DNA of 63,961 nucleotides, the filler included, from Stramenopiles sp. TOSAG23-2 (taxonomy: Eukaryota): the NCBI GenBank assembly GCA_900128395.1. It is 3 parts of 3 records of this genome, joined end to end, with 100 filler letters (N's around TTAATTAATTAA, not from the genome) between each part and the next. Parts side by side here need not be neighbours in the genome. Positions count along the whole stretch, not along the records: positions 44,652 to 63,961 come from LT649585.1; 2 more parts are not named here. The stretch is one strand, 5' to 3'. Shown here piece by piece: positions 59,112 through 63,961 of this stretch. Below the pieces are notes generated by a model. The model worked only from the letters and a program-made list of their open reading frames with translations. It was not told where the DNA came from and made no database searches. Each line of letters starts with the position of its first letter. The stretch's first letter is position 1. The translations under genes and the position numbers were made by a program.

Positions 59112-60943
59112 ATGAATTCCATTTTTGTAGTAGTATTAATATCATTTTTGTCAAGTCATAAATATGTACATGCAACTGTTTTAAATAATAATAAAGGTAG
59201 TAATTATGATGTTGTCATAGTTGGAGCTGGCCTTACTGGATTATCAGCATGTAGAAAACTTACCATCCATAATATTAGTTGTATAGTCTTGGAAGCATCT
59301 GGTCGTGTTGGTGGAAGAACACGTAATTGGGATACTAGAACTGGAGAATATGATACAATATCAAACGATGTAGTAGAAATTGGTGGCACTTTTATTAGCC
59401 CTTCACATACGTCTTTAATTTCACTTGGAAAAACACTTGGTTTCAATACGTACAATGTTTCATTGGCAAATAATAATAACAGGAAAAATTTAAAGGAACC
59501 AGCAAAAACATGGCCATGGTGGTGGTGGGGAGAAGACACAAAATTAAAAAATAGTAGTAGCAGTGGAAAGAAAAAATTGAAGTCAGTCTTTCATTCATTT
59601 GATGGTACTTTTGAATTTAGTACACCAAAAGAATTAACTAGCAATCTCAATCAAGCTACTGTAAATGATCTTGAAAAAGTAGGAAAAGCGATGGATGAAG
59701 CCACACAAAATTTAAAAACTTGTGAATCTATTTCAAAAGAATGGGAAGAATACGATGTAATCACATTTGAAGGTTGGATACGGCAACAAACATATATTGA
59801 AGAATCAAGGGTAATATTAAGAAATATGTGTCGTGGTATGATTGCAAGTGAACCAAGCCAAGTTTCTTTTCTATCGATAGTTAAGTCTATGAAAGGATGC
59901 TGGAGTGCAGGTGATGATGATCAATATCGATTGCAAGGTGGTAGTCAAGCAATTAGTTTACAAATTTATGCCAATAAATTGTTTCCAATTGAATTAAATA
60001 CCGGAGTGAATACAATATCACGTGATGAAAATACTGGAACGTTTTCTATAAATGATGGAAAAATAAAATCTAATTATGTCATTGTGACTGGGACTCCAGC
60101 AGCAATTTCTAAAATAGCATTTACACCATTGTTAGACCATAATAGTATACAATTATTGCAAAGAATTCCAATGGGGCAAAGTATGAAATTCTTCATTGTC
60201 TATGAAACCGCATGGTGGAGAAAAGAATCTACGTATGAAGGGGGTATATATGCAACGAAAATGCCAGATTCCATTAGATTCAAATATCCGTTTAGTTGCC
60301 AAGATCATCGCCCATTCAACGATGATAGAGGAGGTACGTAATAAATTCTATTTCCCTAAACCAAAAAAAAAAAAAAGATATTCTCTCTAACACGCCACTC
60401 ATTTACATACTATACGCCCCATACATAGCTCTGATGTGTTGGATAGAAGGTAATGTTAACATACATTTTTTTAATTTATTAAATGATAATGAGCAGAAAG
60501 AAATGATATTAAATTTTATAAATACATCATTTAAATCAAATATTGAAGACAATCATCTGAAAAGTAATTTAACACATCATGAACCATTGCTATTTCAACG
60601 ATTTAATTGGGCAGATCAAAATCATATTTACGGTGCATACACAGGATTTTTTATACCGGGAGTACAACACATACCTGAAATGTGGCGATGCGTTGCAGAC
60701 AATTTTGGAGAAAAATTGCCTAATATGCCTAACCTTTGGTTTGCCGGTGCAGATTATTGGACTGGCATTGGAAACGGTTATATGGAAGGTGCGGTGAGGC
60801 ATGGACACACAGAAAAATTGCCTAATATGCCTAACCTTTGGTTTGCCGGTGCAGATTATTGGACTGGCATTGGAAACGGTTATATGGAAGGTGCGGTGAG
60901 GCATGGACACACAGTTGCAGATGAAATTATTAAACGAGTATGA
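59112..60943 (+). CDS. Flavin-dependent amine oxidase (MAO-like) with signal peptide, 2 exons
   Basis: DVVIVGAGLTGL, LEASGRVGGR, EIGGTF and C-terminal GYMEGAV motifs. Intron 60334-60428 (GTACGT..ATAG) restores the frame. A 102-bp duplication lies in exon 2. Confidence 0.9.
60709..60912. repeat. Exact tandem duplication, 102-bp unit, in frame inside the amine oxidase
   Basis: Duplicates EKLPNMPNLWFAGADYWTGIGNGYMEGAVRHGHT. Confidence 0.95.
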
Positions 60944-61694
60944 TAGGTACCAGGTATAATACATCTGTACTGTAAGTTGTGTATCAAATCAAAACATAAA
61001 AAACATATATTCACTTTTATTAGAGATCATTTTCTTTCTTCACTCTAGATATATAAAAAATTCTCTTTTATTTATAAGGTTAAAGATTTTATTTTACTCA
61101 TAATGTTAATATTCACTATATATGTGTAGTTACCAGAAATAATTAATACTCTTTATTACCTAAACAGAATTGCATAAAACAATCAATACTTTTTTATGGG
61201 ACCCCTTTATGCATTTGCAATTAATAAAAAAATATATGTTAAAATATTTGTGGTATGCATATAAATTTTTATATAAGTAGAGAACCGCTTCTTTTTATTT
61301 TGTGTTTTTTCTTCTTCGCAGCTCATATCTTTTCCTTAATTTATTTACCTGTATAATAATATAGCATAATAATAGCACTGATGTGAAATTCCAAAATTGC
61401 TTGATTCTGGAACCGCGAAGGTTCAACTTTTGTGCTTTTGTGACGTGTAAATGTGTAAATACATCACTATATATATAGCACTAGTATAAACATAATATAT
61501 ATACATTTTTATATATTACATATAACCCATATGGTTTATACCATAGCATATATATATTGTACCATATTACTATACCGATTGTGGTAAAAAGATATGTATT
61601 TATCTGTAGATATACATATATCGACGTGAAATTATAGATATATATATATATATAATAACAACATAAATATATAATTTGGAAAATATATACATCT

Positions 61695-62210
61695 ATGACA
61701 TCAAGAAACATCATGAATTCACATTGCGTTATTTTGATAGATAGGGAAGGGTCCATTATATTTGTAAATTCAACATTATTGGAAATTATTGGATATACAC
61801 GTGAAGATGTTGTGGGCAAATCGTTAACATTTTTACAATCGCCGACTATGAAACATTTGCATGCATCTTCTATTTGGAAACAATACATAAAAGATATTCG
61901 GCCTACTAATTTTAAAATGTTGATGTGTTTTATGACAAATATGGGTATTGAATTCACAGTTCGAGCAAATGTAAAGACGATGGTAGAAGATGGCAAAGTA
62001 CAAAAATATTTCTTAAGTTTTATATTTGAATCGCGTAACATTGTACATTCCCATCATCATGATATTAAGTATCCAAGAACAATATTCCAAGAAACAATCT
62101 ATGCAAAAAGAGCATCATTATCAAATTCGTTACAATCTCCCACTTCGAATTTACATCAATATAGGGTAACTTACCCTATCCCACCTTTTAAAATCAAAAG
62201 TACAAGATAA
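61695..62210 (+). CDS. Stand-alone PAS-domain protein (LOV-like, no photoactive Cys)
   Basis: ILIDREGSIIFVNSTLLEIIGYTREDVVGKSLTFLQSP is a PAS core. Confidence 0.75.
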   Translation: MTSRNIMNSHCVILIDREGSIIFVNSTLLEIIGYTREDVVGKSLTFLQSPTMKHLHASSIWKQYIKDIRPTNFKMLMCFMTNMGIEFTVRANVKTMVEDGKVQKYFLSFIFESRNIVHSHHHDIKYPRTIFQETIYAKRASLSNSLQSPTSNLHQYRVTYPIPPFKIKSTR

Positions 62211-62586
62211 AAACAGGGAAAGTATTCTGTATATACTGTACATTTACATTACAAAAAGAAGAAATTCACAAGAAAAAAAGAAGTTTAGGTAAAAAAACGT
62301 TACGTATATATTAAACTAAAGTATTTGTTGTACCACGCACATATAAAAAAAATCATAAAATGGATAAATTATTCGTAAAATATACTTCCTTTCGTACGAA
62401 GTGTCGTACGAAGCGCACTATAGAGTGTAATTTTACGTGTGATATTTATACGAGAAAGCGCGTAATATATTTTTATATACATCCCTGATATATATAAAAA
62501 TATATTAAAAATTACGAGGTACAATAAAAACAAAAAGGTATGATACCTCCTCTTTCTACCACACCCACGCACTCCGACCCGCGTCT

Positions 62587-63538
62587 TTAATTAATATAAA
62601 ACAATGACCAAGCACCACCTTTATCAACTCGTTCACTAGATAAATCATCATCTAGCATTGCTAATTCTTCATCCAACGCATCATTATCAATACTCTTTAC
62701 CGAAATTTTCAAACAATTCCTTGATAATTTGATTGGAATCTACTGTATCATATAACATACCTTGAAGAGATCGTGCAGGATAATGAATCATATGTTTTAA
62801 TGCTTCAAATTTGTCACTATCCCCTCTAGGTGTTTTACTTGCTAATTGCACTTTACCAATGAATTCTTTATGTAATTTAGCCAAACATTTAGCAGCACCA
62901 AAAAATTTAATATTAAATCCTTCTGAATTACGATCCGCACCTTCTTCTATGGATTCCATTGAACCTAAACTTTTACTATATCCTTCATTTAAGTATTCCA
63001 GTCCAATCCAATAAAATGTACCTTCATCAGGTAATGTACCATATTCAACAAAGTAACAAGTAGGTGTTGGAAGAAAATTACTAACTCCTAATGTTTTTGA
63101 TTCGTAACTCATTGCCTCAGTTAAATTAGTACAATTTGCTGGCAATTTTGGTAAATGATCTAAATAAGGACGTGGCAAATGTGGTTCCACATCAAATAAT
63201 CCACGAAATGGCTTTGCCATGATATCTTTTGATTTTACTACGCCTTTGATAAACATACAAATTGTTTCATTGTCATCAAATATTACGTCAAGAAGAAACA
63301 TTGCACCACCCTGTGCTTCTAAAGATAATCCACCACCACCAGGCAGTACTTTGCTTTTGATCTTCACAATTGTATTTTTTGCAATTCCCTCATCAGCATT
63401 TAATTTTTTCATTGATGTATTTAACCATTCAATAATATCTTTATTATCTTGTTCAAATCCTTGAAATGTTTTTGATTCTGCATCTTATGCATCAATTTTA
63501 ATTGGTGTTGGGCGTGGTACAAAAGTTATTGATGCCAT
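62587..63538 (-). pseudogene. Disrupted, possibly choline/ecdysteroid-kinase-like gene
   Basis: ATG 63538, in-frame TAA at 63487-63485, then a 241-aa ORF (PTCYFVE..WIGLEYL..AAKCLAKLH) and a frameshift near 62690 into DNDALDEELAML...*. No HGD catalytic motif is reached. Confidence 0.55.
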
Positions 63539-63827
63539 GTTTTGAATTAATATATCTATAATATATGTACGCTTGTGTGTTTGTGTGTGTGTGTGTGTTT
63601 GTGTTTGTCTGGTATTATTCTTCTTCTGATATATCCTAAAATGTCAACGATTTAAAATTTATAACGACACACTATTGAAAACACACTGGACGACCAGACT
63701 GGACGTAGAATGTCCAAAATCACTCACGACAAAAAAACGACAAAACTTATTATTATTATTATTTTTTTGATAATTCCTACTCTTCAAAAGAATACAATAA
63801 CTGAAATAGTCTATCTCACACTAATGC

Positions 63828-63961
63828 AAAAATAAATTTATATATATTAATTTAAAAAACGAATAATAGAAACAAACGTGGACCAATGAGTATTGCTAAA
63901 AATAAATTTATATATTAATTTAAAAAATGAATAATAGAAACAAACGTGGACCAATGAGTAT
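63828..63961. repeat. Near-exact ~70-bp tandem duplication
   Basis: AAAAATAAATTTATATA..GAAACAAACGTGGACCAATGAGTAT occurs twice, differing by one TA unit and one C/T. Confidence 0.85.

Noticed and set aside
63485-63487. Possible stop-codon reassignment (TAA as sense)
   Set aside because: Intact genes in the window end at TAA, TAG and TGA at their expected C-termini, and the giant ORFs have no internal stops.
557-63961. CRISPR array, tRNA or rRNA genes
   Set aside because: No repeat-spacer periodicity or recognisable structural RNA motifs. The repeats are two-copy tandem duplications or microsatellites.

Overview
Eukaryotic DNA from an AT-rich protist with short GT-AG introns, poly-Asn/Asp tracts and the standard code. 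A heterotrophic stramenopile-like MAG/SAG is my inference and is not proven. The window joins three unrelated contigs with artificial 100-bp N/TTAATTAATTAA linkers (22228-22327, 44552-44651). Contig 1 carries Arp1, CWF19L2, a PTS1-bearing MDR alkenal reductase, a large ankyrin protein and several orphans. It ends on both sides inside near-identical 42-aa TPR-repeat genes whose differences are concentrated in whole-codon swaps at a few positions, which resembles a diversifying immune receptor. Contig 2 consists of two intronless giant cadherin/lectin ORFs that collide tail-to-tail at a 6-bp palindrome, probably an inversion or chimera junction. Contig 3 carries a secreted tenascin-like EGF protein ending in a saposin-like domain, a bacterial-type enoyl-CoA hydratase with PTS1, a GH20 hexosaminidase, a choline/ethanolamine phosphotransferase, a flavin amine oxidase, a LOV-like PAS protein and a broken kinase-like gene. 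About twelve tandem duplications of ~60-330 bp and several 1-nt frameshifts indicate assembly noise. A candidate switchable structured RNA lies at ~8720-8990.
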